From assembly GCA_051294375.1 (NCBI GenBank), contig CM119264.1, forward strand, positions 15,272,355 to 15,336,354: a stretch of 64,000 bases of DNA. The letters are read 5' to 3'. The notes below the pieces were generated by a model. The model saw nothing but the letters and a program-made list of their open reading frames with translations, had not been told where the DNA came from and made no database searches. The position numbers and the translations under genes are program-made. Source of the DNA: Paraspadella gotoi (lineage: Eukaryota; Animalia; Chaetognatha). Positions 50,375 through 61,520 of this stretch are shown in pieces; within the stretch, counting starts at the first letter, position 1; the number at the start of each line of letters is the position of its first letter.

Positions 50375-51905
50375 TGTGGATAAGGCGCTACACTATCATC
50401 GAAGTTAACGTTAAAATCGGAAAAATTATACTTATGGGATATTCAGATAGCTTATCCAGAATAATTCTTGAAAACTTCAGAGGTTCTTCTCATAAATTCT
50501 TAATATTTTCAAAAAGGACAAAAATGTTTCATATAATTTTTTTACGATTCCTAAAGATGAACCAAACGCTATGCACAGTTTTTTTAGCTTTCTTTAAATA
50601 TTTTTGCCTTACAAATACGGTAAGACTGAAGTTTTAAAGAGAAAATTTGAATTAATAAATTAAGCTGGGAAGTTTATAATACTAACGTGGATTTAACGAG
50701 TAAATTATTTTATTATCAAGTAAACAATTAATGAAAAACATTTTGATTTTCTGAATAAGGAGGTATCGGAATAGAGTTTCAGTAAAATAATAAATGAGTT
50801 TACATTATATAGTTTTTGTCATTTTCGTTACCAAAAAACGTTTTAAATTTTTCTTAAATGGGAAGGTTGATCTTTAAAGCCCGTAATTTTAAAATTAAAA
50901 AAAAAAATAAATAAAATTTTTTTTTCAATGTCTATTTGTTCTATCACAAATCCCATCGTGAGTTCAATGGTTTGCCTCATTTGCCCGATCCATTTCCCGT
51001 TCATTCCTCGATCCTTAGCACTACTCTGTCTTTCTCAATGAATGGTTGCTCTTTTTATTGTTTCTATTCTTTTATTTTTAAATTACAATACATAACTGAC
51101 AATTACATAGGTCGTTGTTGTGGTTCATCAGTTGAAAATTGCTCTTAAAAATGAAATTTACTTTATAAACTAGTCTTATCGAATTGGTGTAAAATAAATA
51201 ATTTTGAAAATCATTTTGGTAATTACTTATGAAGCGGAACTTTGCGGAAGATCTCCCGAATATATCATGTGCGTTATAAAATCAATCAAATTAAATAAGA
51301 ATGATCATGTTTCCACATGTTTTCATATAGTTTTTTAGCTAATTTTTGATACAGTAAAACATTTTTTGAATAATTTTTAATTCATCCATGCTATATATTC
51401 AGTTATTTACTAAGATTTTAAAAAAATTTAAAATGTATCAAGTTCCAAGAATATAGCTCGACAAAGTGAGTCAAAAATAAGGAAAACCCCATATGTCCAG
51501 AAAAACTGATTTTTGAAAACTGATATTACACGAGAGGTTTTTTATGATACTTCTTCAAAGATTAAAAGCATTAATATTATTGTATGATGTACTACCCTTT
51601 TTCCGACTTTAGATGCTAAATCGATGATAGCGCGCTAAGTGGGCTGAAGATGACTATCCGTAACTTCTTTAACCCCCTCTAGCAGCTATGGAACGGGTCC
51701 TGGGCTTGGAACCAGGCTTGAGGGTTTTCCACGCCCCCAAGGTGGCTTACGGCCGTCCTCACACTTCCTGCAGGGTATATACCGGGTTAGGATTGAACCC
51801 AGTGCCTAGTGGTCATGAGCTGATGGCTTTACTCAATGAGCCACCGGGTCACGACTGAAGGGGTCATGCTTAGAGGAGGGGTGAACTTTGCTATGCCCGA
51901 CTACA
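50375..51905 (-). mobile_element. Solo LTR, family C (TG...CA), split by a Transib insertion; twister at 51693-51771 with a G>A change in the 2-bp pseudoknot
   Basis: TSD GATC (50371-74 / 51906-09); closely matches 29722-30003 once 50391-51637 is removed. Confidence 0.82.
50391..51632. mobile_element. Transib-like non-autonomous element, second family
   Basis: CACTATCATCGA...TCGATGATAGCG; 5-bp TSD CGCTA; shares the subterminal TCGGAAAAAGGGTRGTACATCATA with 27541-28831. Confidence 0.83.
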
Positions 51906-52203
51906 GATCCGGCTAAAAAGAGAGAGAGCGACATATATTTAAAAGAGATAGCTGGACACTGGACAGCCACTGCAAAGCTGAACTCGTCTATATATAAAAA
52001 TTGTTTTGTAAATAAAACAAATAAATGAGTGTAGGAATATGAAACAACAATTTAAAAGACCTCAATAATGAGAAGCCATGTCTAAATTTTTAGCTTCCTA
52101 TAGTTATACACGAGCTATTTTCAATGTTAAAACAGGGTAACGACGACTTAGACGGCACAAAGAAACAATACTAAATGATTATCTACGCCCAAAATGGGCT
52201 TAA

Positions 52204-53748
52204 GAAAAAGGGTCATTCAATTCAACTTCAAAATAGGCCAAAATGGAGTACAAATTCAGAAGGCTGAGCTCCTGCCGATTCCGAAAATGTATTCACTTTA
52301 AACATTTGATGCATTCTACGCCATTTTATATCGGTTTTAATTATAATATAAAATAAAAGAAACCTATCTGAAGAGTTGCAGGTCAAACAAAAAAGCTAAT
52401 CCATCTGATATTTTTTATGAATTTTTTATTAGTGAATTCGAAAAATGTAATAGAGTAGGAGTCTACGTCGTTCTTAGAGATCGAGGAAGACTTTTTCAAT
52501 GGAGATTTGTGTTCAAATCTGACTACCAAACAATATAAACGCTACTGGTAAAAATTCTGGTAAAATATCGATGTAAAAACACTATAATTCCGATCCTGTT
52601 GCATCTGAAGGGCTCGCATTTTTTTTTCTTTGTCAAATCATCATCATCTTGATATCAAACAAGCCAGAACAAATAGATTGCTTCTGGATGGAAAAATTTT
52701 CTATCTCTGATTTTATATAGAAATGAAAGGGGATTTTTTTCCTTGAAAACGATATAAATGTGACTGAGGTATGTTCCTGTTCAACAAATGACGTCCAATT
52801 TTGGAATCCTTTGGCAAAGTGTCTGAAGGGCTCTCAAAATTTTTCTTTACATTTTATTTGGTTATTTTGATATGATACGATCATGGGAAAGTGAATTAGT
52901 CCATTTTGGTGAAATTTTTATTTAAAGTAAAAGTAAAAGAGGAGCTAACGATCGGAATTCTAAGAGTTTTCAACCGGGAGTCAGATTCGGAAAAAATCTT
53001 CTATGGCGAAAATCTTCCAAAGAAGGGTGGATTTGCCAAAGATTTTGGTTAATATTTTCTATATTTATGGTGGGATTTTTTTGAAACTTAATATTAACAA
53101 TATTGCCATCATTCTACCTTGGCCGGTATAAAATATATTAAAAAACATGCGGCTTTGTTCGTCAGAGCTTAGTCCTAAATAGAGAGTCATTTTTAATTTC
53201 AACTTGTATCATTGAAAATGAAACATTTTTAAACTTTAACCCTGAATTCTTCATAACTGGAACGCGTTTATCAAAATGTCTCTCTATTACATTTTTACAA
53301 ATGTTTTTAAGATTGCTAATCAAATTTTTAAATCAATATTATTGCAGTCGTTTAGGCGCAACTCTTCAAATTCAGTATAGATTCACTGTAGCTCAAATTT
53401 CTTTACCATCTATTTAACTGAAGATTTTGTTCATGACTGGAAAACCAACAGAGTAACAAGATTAATTGTTTAATTCTCCCCTTCTGAATTATCCCTTACG
53501 TGTTTTAACTTCTTACCTAGAATTTTTTAACAATCAGATTGAAAAACTAATCTTTAAAAAATGTGCTTACCCATTTAACTTAACAATTTGTTATTTACTG
53601 ATTTAAAAAAATGATTGAAAACAGAATGTTTACATATAAATAAAAACTTTTTTTTTTTTGTGATTACTAATGACTATAATGTATTTCTCGATGTATTAGC
53701 TCTAATACATCAAAGATTACGCATTGTTATGCTGAATGACCTTTCCTC
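52204..53748 (+). mobile_element. Family E TTAA-flanked non-autonomous DNA transposon (Kolobok-like); partial copies at 21337-21906 and 40507-40790
   Basis: TTAA-GAAAAAGGGTCATTCA...TGAATGACCTTTCCTC-TTAA; purine-purine termini. Confidence 0.7.
52456..53177 (+). mobile_element. Family B element nested in family E
   Basis: 7-bp TSD AATAGAG; empty site seen at ~21580. Confidence 0.9.
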
Positions 53749-55395
53749 TTAAGCCTGACTGGCGAGATAAAAGCGTGAAAAAAACAACAACGACGATGGT
53801 CACAAAGATAGGGATTGTACAAAAATTTTAAAAATACTGATTTTCTTCATTCAATGGTTTTAAGCCTTATATTAAGCCTAACGAAGTGTACTTTAATAGT
53901 TAATTCCAAGTTTGACTTTTAAATATTTGATTTACGCCAACTGATTTACGTCAATTTGGAGTAACGTTTCTGCCTCCTTTCTGCTGTCAAGGATATTCAA
54001 CAAAAAATTTTGAAAACGCTTTTTTTTAATTAAAAATACATCGTAGTATTGGATTCAGATTTAATTTCTTTTTTTTTACGTGTTTGTTGGCGCTGGTGGC
54101 GTAAAAAACTACGCCAAAACGTATTATTTCCTAGTTACATATGTGGCGTTAATGATTTTTCAAAAAAATTTTAAATATATCATGTTAAATAAGTGTAAAT
54201 GTTTATATTTAAATTTGGAAAAGAATTGTGGCGTAAAATGGCGTGAAATGAAGGCAAAACCGTTTAATATGATATCATGATGTGGCGTAAAGACTTTTTG
54301 TTTATTTTTTAGTAAAAACTACTCGGTTAAGTTGATTTAAATATTTTTCCGGCCTTTTTTATACAGGTTTGGCGTAGAATGGCGTAAAATGAACATAAAA
54401 CTATATTAATATCATTTAATTTTGTTGCGTAAAAACTTTTTTTCATTTTCCAAATAAGCTATTAAGTTAAGATGCTTTTGCATAGAATGGCGTAAATTGA
54501 CATAAAACTGCGTCACTTTATCCCCTCATCTCTTTCCCTTTCCTCCCTTTTCTTTTCTCTTTTATTTTCATACAATCTCCGATACTAAATCGATTATTTT
54601 TTGGTTTTAATTCTTTAAAATCAAAGAAAAACCGAATACCGAAAATAAATCTCAAATCATAGATAAAAATAAACAAAGATACACCACGTAAAAGTCAGTG
54701 GACCAATTTTATTAAAAGTATCAGAAATTGTGGATCAACAATGGTTCTTTAGGTTTATATTTGAACTTGGTTAAAAAAAAGACTATAAATAAAGATATTA
54801 CCCATTATAATAATTATAGGTATCATGTATATTTAGCAAAGGAGGAATTGTTGTAGGCAGAAAAAAGGCATGATAAATCTTAAGATCATAACAAATATAT
54901 TATATCAGTTTCATACATGTTGATGATTCATAGGCCTTAATATACAATACGAAAGATGATATAAAATGACTATACGCCGAACTGCTGCTGGCGCATTTTT
55001 GCGCATCATTTTTGGGAATCAAGAATGATCAATTTGTTGAGAGAAAATCCAGTTTCATCTCCTGTAACCAGAGGTTTTGCGAGGAAAGCCTAGTTTTTGC
55101 GCAACAATAAAAATAAATATTGCTTTCTGTACTATTACAATATTTTCTTATTTGAAAGATTCTTTTTTGGTTTTTACAGTACCCAGATTTAAAAATAAAA
55201 TTTTTCTTTTTAGTATGTTCCATACAGTAAATATTTCAAAAAGCCTTGTTTTTTGGAATCAAATTCCCTATTATTTTTCGGGACCGAATAGAAAAATAAA
55301 AATTTCGTCGAATACTGCTAATCCCTAACAAAGAAGTAGAAGTGAACCAAAATCATGCCGAGACTGGCTTAAGCCCGTCTAGCGAGATAAAAAAC

Positions 55396-55549
55396 CTGGG
55401 CGCATTCGTCGACAATGACAACATCGAAAACGCCATGAAAACGCTTGAGAGGTCCTTCTTCACCACCGGTAGTCGTAGTAGCCAAGACCACATCAACGCC
55501 TCCAAGAATACGCTCAACCGCGCGCGATTCGAGATCACGCAACTCTTTT
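55396..55549 (-). CDS. IGHMBP2: IGHMBP2/SMUBP-2 helicase, most 5' coding exon visible in window (KELRDLE...VVLATTTTG...FDVVIVDECAQ, Walker B)
   Basis: ttttag acceptor at 55551-55550, GT donor at 55395; the DECAQ motif II is typical of Upf1-like SF1 helicases; upstream exons not found in window. Confidence 0.9.
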
Positions 55550-56112
55550 CTAAAAAGCAGAAAAATTATTACCCATTTCATTGCGATGATTGGTTATTTA
55601 AACAATTCAATTACTACCGACACTAAATATGAATTGTATAAATTAATCAAGCTTCGGACTGTCTCGCTTCAACGACGAAGCAGTAGGGTGACGGGATCGT
55701 ACCCGGTATGCATAGTTTGGGGCTGCTTTGAGCGAAGCTTTTACTAAAAGCTTTTATTAAAATCTTCGCTCTCAGCAGTTTCCCATTCAAATATTTTAGA
55801 CCAAGATACGATAGCAGTTTTAGGCGCAACACATTGGAATTACCTTTCTGTTTTATATTGTTTTAAAGTTTTATATATAGGTCACATAATCACAAAGTAA
55901 ATGAAGCATATTTCGAGTAATATTTGGTTGTTTTAGTTGAAACTTTGCAGACAAGTCATAAACCATTGGACGTTTGTCGCACTTATCTTTGATAGTTATG
56001 TAGTCGCGTGATCACTCGGAAATATGGAAATAACGGCGGCGTAGCACATTGAAAAATCCGTTTGTAGAAGATGAAAAATAGTAATAATAAAAGTAAGGAG
56101 GAGGTGAAGAAT

Positions 56113-56438
56113 TGTAACGATGTAAGAGAAGTAGAAAAGGAGTGACACGAGCTCTCTCCTGATCCACTTTTATCATCGCCCGGACCAACTTGATCTTACG
56201 GTCTCCTCAGCCCTTTTGCTGTGTCCAGTCAATCTAAGGTCATTGCCAAAGTTAGGGCAAAGCGACCGTGTTGATTGACCGGCACGGAGAAAGAGGAGAG
56301 AGGAAAGGTTTAGAGAGAGAGAGACCGGTGGTAAGTCGCCTCATCCCCCCCATTAAGTTCGGACCTTAGGGGTTCAAACTGACCCTATTTACAGTTGAGG
56401 TGACTTGTACTACTAGTTAAGGAACAAAGTACATTACA
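56113..56438. mobile_element. LTR-like segment (TGTAA...TTACA)
   Basis: Terminal inverted repeat but no clean TSD; partial inverted copy at 57826-57945. Confidence 0.45.
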
Positions 56439-56798
56439 AATACAATATTGTTTCTCCTTAGGGGAATATTTGGGCAAACAATAAGGTCTAGGAGAAACAA
56501 TTGAGGGGACACACTAAAATGGGGTTTGTCTTCCAATTAGTATTTACATATATTTCTTCTCAAAAAAAAATATTTTGGGGAGAAATTTTACAAATAGGAA
56601 ATAGGGAGCTAAAATAACCAGCTGTTCATGATTTTGTTTTTGATGATTTACTTGCTGTTAGGCAAGTTGTGATTAATTGTAACAGGGACCAACTGGTGAT
56701 GATTTGGTGATAGTGCTGATAACCAGTTATCTAATGATCATGGATCTCGCGAATGACTGATAGATCTTAGACATCTAATACAATATATATCTAGTCCT

Positions 56799-57728
56799 TC
56801 AGAGCCCAGACGATGGTATTGTCTTGCATATGCTTGTCTTTGAGGTTGGAGTTGTTGGTACACCGAATCTGGGGATCCAGTTCTGAAGGAAGGCTGTTGC
56901 TACAGTTGCTGCGGAGATATCCCAGAGGGGAAATGTGTCAGGCCAATGAGTAAAACAGTCTACACAGGTTAGAAGGTATGTGTAACGGCATGAGGTGGGC
57001 AAGGGACCCACTTAAGTCAGTGAGAACATGTTCGAAACGCCTCGACGGTGCTTCAAAAGGTAGTGGAGCCTGGGTGTGTCATTGTACCTTGCTGCGCTGG
57101 CAGTCAAGGCAGGCCTGAGCCCATTTTGCCGCGTCTTTGTTGTGGATGGCATCATAAATTTGACTGCGCCAAGTTGTGGGAACCAAGGGGCGCACCCTGC
57201 CTGAACTGACATCGCAGATGTCAAAGTCTTTCAGGTGAACTATCTTGAATCGCAGGCTGGTTTGGGCGTCCGCCAGGAGTCACTAGATCTCCTCGTCGGA
57301 ACTCTTCACCGGCAAGACTTACCATAGTAGGAGAGAAAGAGCGCGAGTTGTGGGGGCATAGGCGTTTGTCATAGAATACCCCAGGGGCATAGGCGTTTGT
57401 CGTAGCATACCCAAAATCGGCAGGGCATAGGCATTTGTTGTAGCATACCCTGAAAAGGTTGCATGTTCGATAGCAGGGCTCACCACTTATGGCAACAGCC
57501 GGGTTGCCTGTGATGCCCATTGGGATGGGGCATCTGTTGGCTTTGGGGGCTTCCGACCCTCATTGACGCCTTCAGGCACTGGCGCGGTTACCCGAGGATG
57601 GCTTTGGCTTTGCCAACGCAGAGGGAAGTCATTAGGACTGTGGATGGAACACAATGCCTGGGATGGTGTATTCCCTCTCTGAGCCAATGGTATTGGCTGA
57701 ACCATGGTAGATGTGAGGCGGTGTGAAT
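56799..57728 (-). mobile_element. Deleted Gypsy element: family A LTR (57488-57728), PBS, TRIM-type internal repeats and an integrase remnant
   Basis: CDVSSGRVRPLVP...WAQACLDCQRSKV...RRFEHV and GPLP...YLLTCVDCFTHWPDTFPL...FLQNWIPRFGVP; twister catalytic GA is mutated. Confidence 0.85.
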
Positions 57729-58559
57729 TATTAATCATTTTTTTAATCATTTTATTATCATTATTCTTTTTTCTTTGTTTTTGTAATTTAATTTATTTGT
57801 TTTGGAGGCGGTCATAGATACAATAGCCTTCCTTCTCTTATTCGTGCCAGTCAGTCCCGACGGTCACTTGGCCCTACCTTTGGCAATGAATGACCTTAGA
57901 CCTTACCGGACACAGAAATAGGACCAAGGAGACAGTAAGGTCAGTAAGTAAAACTTGAGTTAATTTCAAAGCCAAAACCAAGATCTTTTATTTTAACCTA
58001 TAAAGAGTAGAGCATAGTGAAAGTTAAATACGAAAATTCTAAATGTCAATTATGAACAACTTACCTTCAGTGATTATTGATTTGTAAAAAAAACTAATTT
58101 TATGTTCTTTAATTTTCGTATTAAGCTATACTATCGTTGACGTTTAGTCAAATAACGAGGGTAAATAATAAGTGGAAAGTATTTGGTTGACAATAGTTTT
58201 ATTAATGACGGACAATGATTTGGGTGATGACATGGTAACGATGACACGATGACAAAGGTTAAGACAAAGGTGATGACAATATTAAACAGTTCAATAATTA
58301 TTTGAAGAAGTGTTCTTTCTTGAGTTTGGGTGTAGAGGTGAATGCCTAGAGTTCTCTTAGCAATTTTGACCATCAATCCCTCCGTCGGTTCCTCTGTCGG
58401 TCATTGGTCATTCTAAGGTTGAACTAAGGTCTGTGATTCGTCGGCATTCTGATGATTCGTGAAGGAGACGAGCAATCACATCACTAGGCCAACCAAGTCC
58501 GTTTATAGGTCCATTCCGTTGATGTCACCCCCTCTCTAGTCGACGAGGGGGTGGTCTTA

Positions 58560-60720
58560 GAACACCAAACGAGTCTTTAGGTGTCCATCTGCACACCTCC
58601 AGGTATGCGGGTGATAGAGGGCTGACAATTCCTTGTCTTGAAATGGCTTGTCAGTCAAGGGGTAAAACCGGGTGTTGATGGTGGATGTCTTGGTTTGAAA
58701 AATGATAGCGGGTTCTTGGAAAAAGTGGTTCAATTTTCAGTTCCATTAGTTTTGGAATGTTCTTTGGGAAAGCTGGTGGTTCATTTGGTCTTGAGTGTAG
58801 CACAACTGGGTTTTGAAAAGCAGGTGGAGGCGGTTTATATGGCAGTTTGAACTGAGTAAGGTCTAGGGTTTGGCTTAGAATACTGAGGTTGGATAAAAAG
58901 TTTTTTGTCAAAATGAGCAAAATCTGAGGCAAGGGCATTGACTTTTTCTTCTAAAGTTTTTATTTGGGAATTAATATTATTGAAAACTTGTGAAGGCATT
59001 GATTTATTTTCAGAGGGGACACATTTAGGATTAGAGTTGCAATCAAAGTGTTTCCTTAAATTGTTGTTTTCAACATTTGTTTTTTGTGTTTCGATAATTC
59101 ATTCACTTGAACCTTGTAGTACTACTTGTATTTATGCATTCTTGGCCTGGCAGATTTTTCTTTTTGGGCGTTTGCACTGTAAGTTTGATGAAAAGAAAGA
59201 AGTGCATCCAGGGTATCATTAAGAGCTTTAACTAAGGTGTTGAAGTCTGGAAGTTTGATTCCATTTCCTGCTGGGGAGCCTCTGTTTGCGATGCTGAATT
59301 AGACATTGTGGGTATTAATTTTTCAGCTTCAGTTTGGGATGCAGAATTAGACATTACAGGTGTTGTTTTGTCAGCATTATCTAGAGAGTCCAAAGTTTGT
59401 GTTCTGCAGCTGTCTTGGTACTTACAGTTGTTAAATGTTTAGTACCAACCTCCATATGAATCTCTACTTGTTTTTCTGAGCCCGAGTAATCTTCTTTGAG
59501 CTCATTTTTATTTTCACTCTAATTCTCGCAATTTTTCGATTTTGCAATTTTCCTTTATTTCATCCTCTTGCTGTTCCTTTTTTTTTTCTTCTCCAGGGAA
59601 GGGAGGAAGTGGTAAATCTATTTGATTTGCCTTTTTAATCCAGTCCTTCCACTCATTGAGTTCTTTAGTCATGTTGATGTCACGGCCTTCAGGGTCTACA
59701 ATTAGGCAAGCCTTAACCATAATTTTTGCAATATTGAGGCAACAATTTCTTTCTTCTTGAGAACCAGAGAGATGACTCTCTGATTTTAGACAATCATTCT
59801 TATCTTCAAGAAATTTGAGATATTCTTTTTCTGCCGTTTTCAGTTTTTTTGATGTTTCAGCCAATGCTTTTTGGGCAGTTATATATCCATCTTTTACTAA
59901 GTAAAAAAGAAAATCATGGTTTACATCACTGTATTGCCGTTTTCTAATCTCATAAAAACGTTGGAAATCTTCAATTTCTTCTTGACGAAGGTTCCACCAG
60001 CACTGTTGAAGGGGATTGGAACTTTCTTCCATTAATTCCTCAGGTAGAGCGATATTGAGGCGCGCCTCATTCAGTTGGTATTTATTTTTGTATTTTCTTT
60101 CAAATTCATCCCATTCTTTTTTTTTTTCTCAATTCGAATTTGTAATTCTTTATTTCTTTCTCGTTGCAGTTTTTCTTTCCTTTCTTTTTCTAATTGTTCC
60201 TCTTTTTCTCTCTGCAATAGCTCTGCATTTCTTCGTAATTTATCTGACTCTGCATTGAAGCGAAAGGTATCATTAGAATCGTAAAAGGTAAAAAACAGTT
60301 GAAATTTCTCTTGAAACCCAATCAAATCTTTCCAGTCTTTACCACTGATTAACCAGGAGGTGTTAGATTTGATGACAAGATCATAGGAAGTCCCTGGGCT
60401 TCTGAATGCGAGTCTGGCCTCATTTGTCAATTTGTTTTCAAACAACTTTGCTATTCCCTTGTATGGCCCATCAAGTTGAGGGTTGTCTGAATAATCTTTG
60501 TAGGAGAGTTCGCACTTCTTTGCAATTATTTCATTCTCATTGGCAGATGGTTTGGGGATGGAGTAAGGTGGTGGGATTAAAACAAGCTTAGAAGCGAAGT
60601 GTTCAAAGTTGTTCTGAATATCTACATTCCTTGTCATTTTGACAATGTGGTTCTTTTTTTCAGGGTTTCTTTGCAAAACCATTTTCATGAGGTTTTGTTC
60701 AAGATGTTCTTATTTTTATT
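58560..60720 (-). pseudogene. Frameshifted long gag-like or unknown ORF inside the LTR element
   Basis: ORFs 60071-60688 and 59514-60032 join across an A-run at ~60117-60127; coiled-coil and Pro-rich segments continue to ~58600. Confidence 0.55.
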
Positions 60721-61520
60721 TTTTTATGGATGGTTCGTTGCGATTTCAGGGAGAGGGAGAGAGAGAGAGAGACGATCGATGATCTTTTTCGATTTTCTCT
60801 AGAATTCGGTCAAGAGCGATGGACTGGGCAGCGAGGATTTTTGAGGGGAGAGGGAGAACGTTCGATTCGATTTTCTTTGTTTGGGAGGGATGCTGGGTCA
60901 CGTGACGACGTAGTCCAAAGCACGAGGAAGGGAGAGCGTGGGAGATATAGAATTGTTTTTTGCTTTGAAAGTTAGGGAAATAGTACGTATTTTCAATTTG
61001 TCCTTACAAAAATGTTCTTTTTTTTTCTTTTTTTTTGCTGAGGCTACGTTATTACGCACTCCTGATTTCGCAAAAAAAGTGTTTTAATTTTCAAGTTAAA
61101 GACGTTTATTTCAAATATCAAGAGGGGCCGTTGAAGGAAAAAACTTTGTATTAGTTTCTTTTTTTTTTGTTTATCTTTTTTTATTTTTGAATAAGTTTAT
61201 TTGGGATTGAAAGGAATTTCGGAACGGGAGTTGACGTAATTTTTTTCGAGTAGGGTAGCGTAGTTTTTCGAGTAGGATAGCGTAGTCTCTTCGGAGGAGT
61301 GGGGAGTCGAATCACGACGATGCCAACACGTTGACGTTTAGTCAAATAACGAGGGTAAATAATAAGTGGTAAAGTATTTGGTTGACAATAGTTTTATTAA
61401 TGACAGACAATGATTTGGGTGATGACATGGGTAACGATGACACGATGACAAAGGTTAAGACAAAGGTGATGACAATATTAAACAGATCAATCGGTTCCTC
61501 TGTCGGTCATTGGTCATTCT

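Noticed and set aside
12108-55395. A general rule that introns are bracketed by inverted repeats, or use non-canonical splice sites or genetic code
   Set aside because: Only the 14852-15859 intron shows end pairing; all junctions are GT-AG and the exons translate without stops in the standard code.
58432-58481. Type III hammerhead-like motif GTC..CTGATGA..GAGAC in the LTR (also ~63796-63843)
   Set aside because: GAAA is GAGA, stems I and II are marginal, and it is antisense to the element's ORF.
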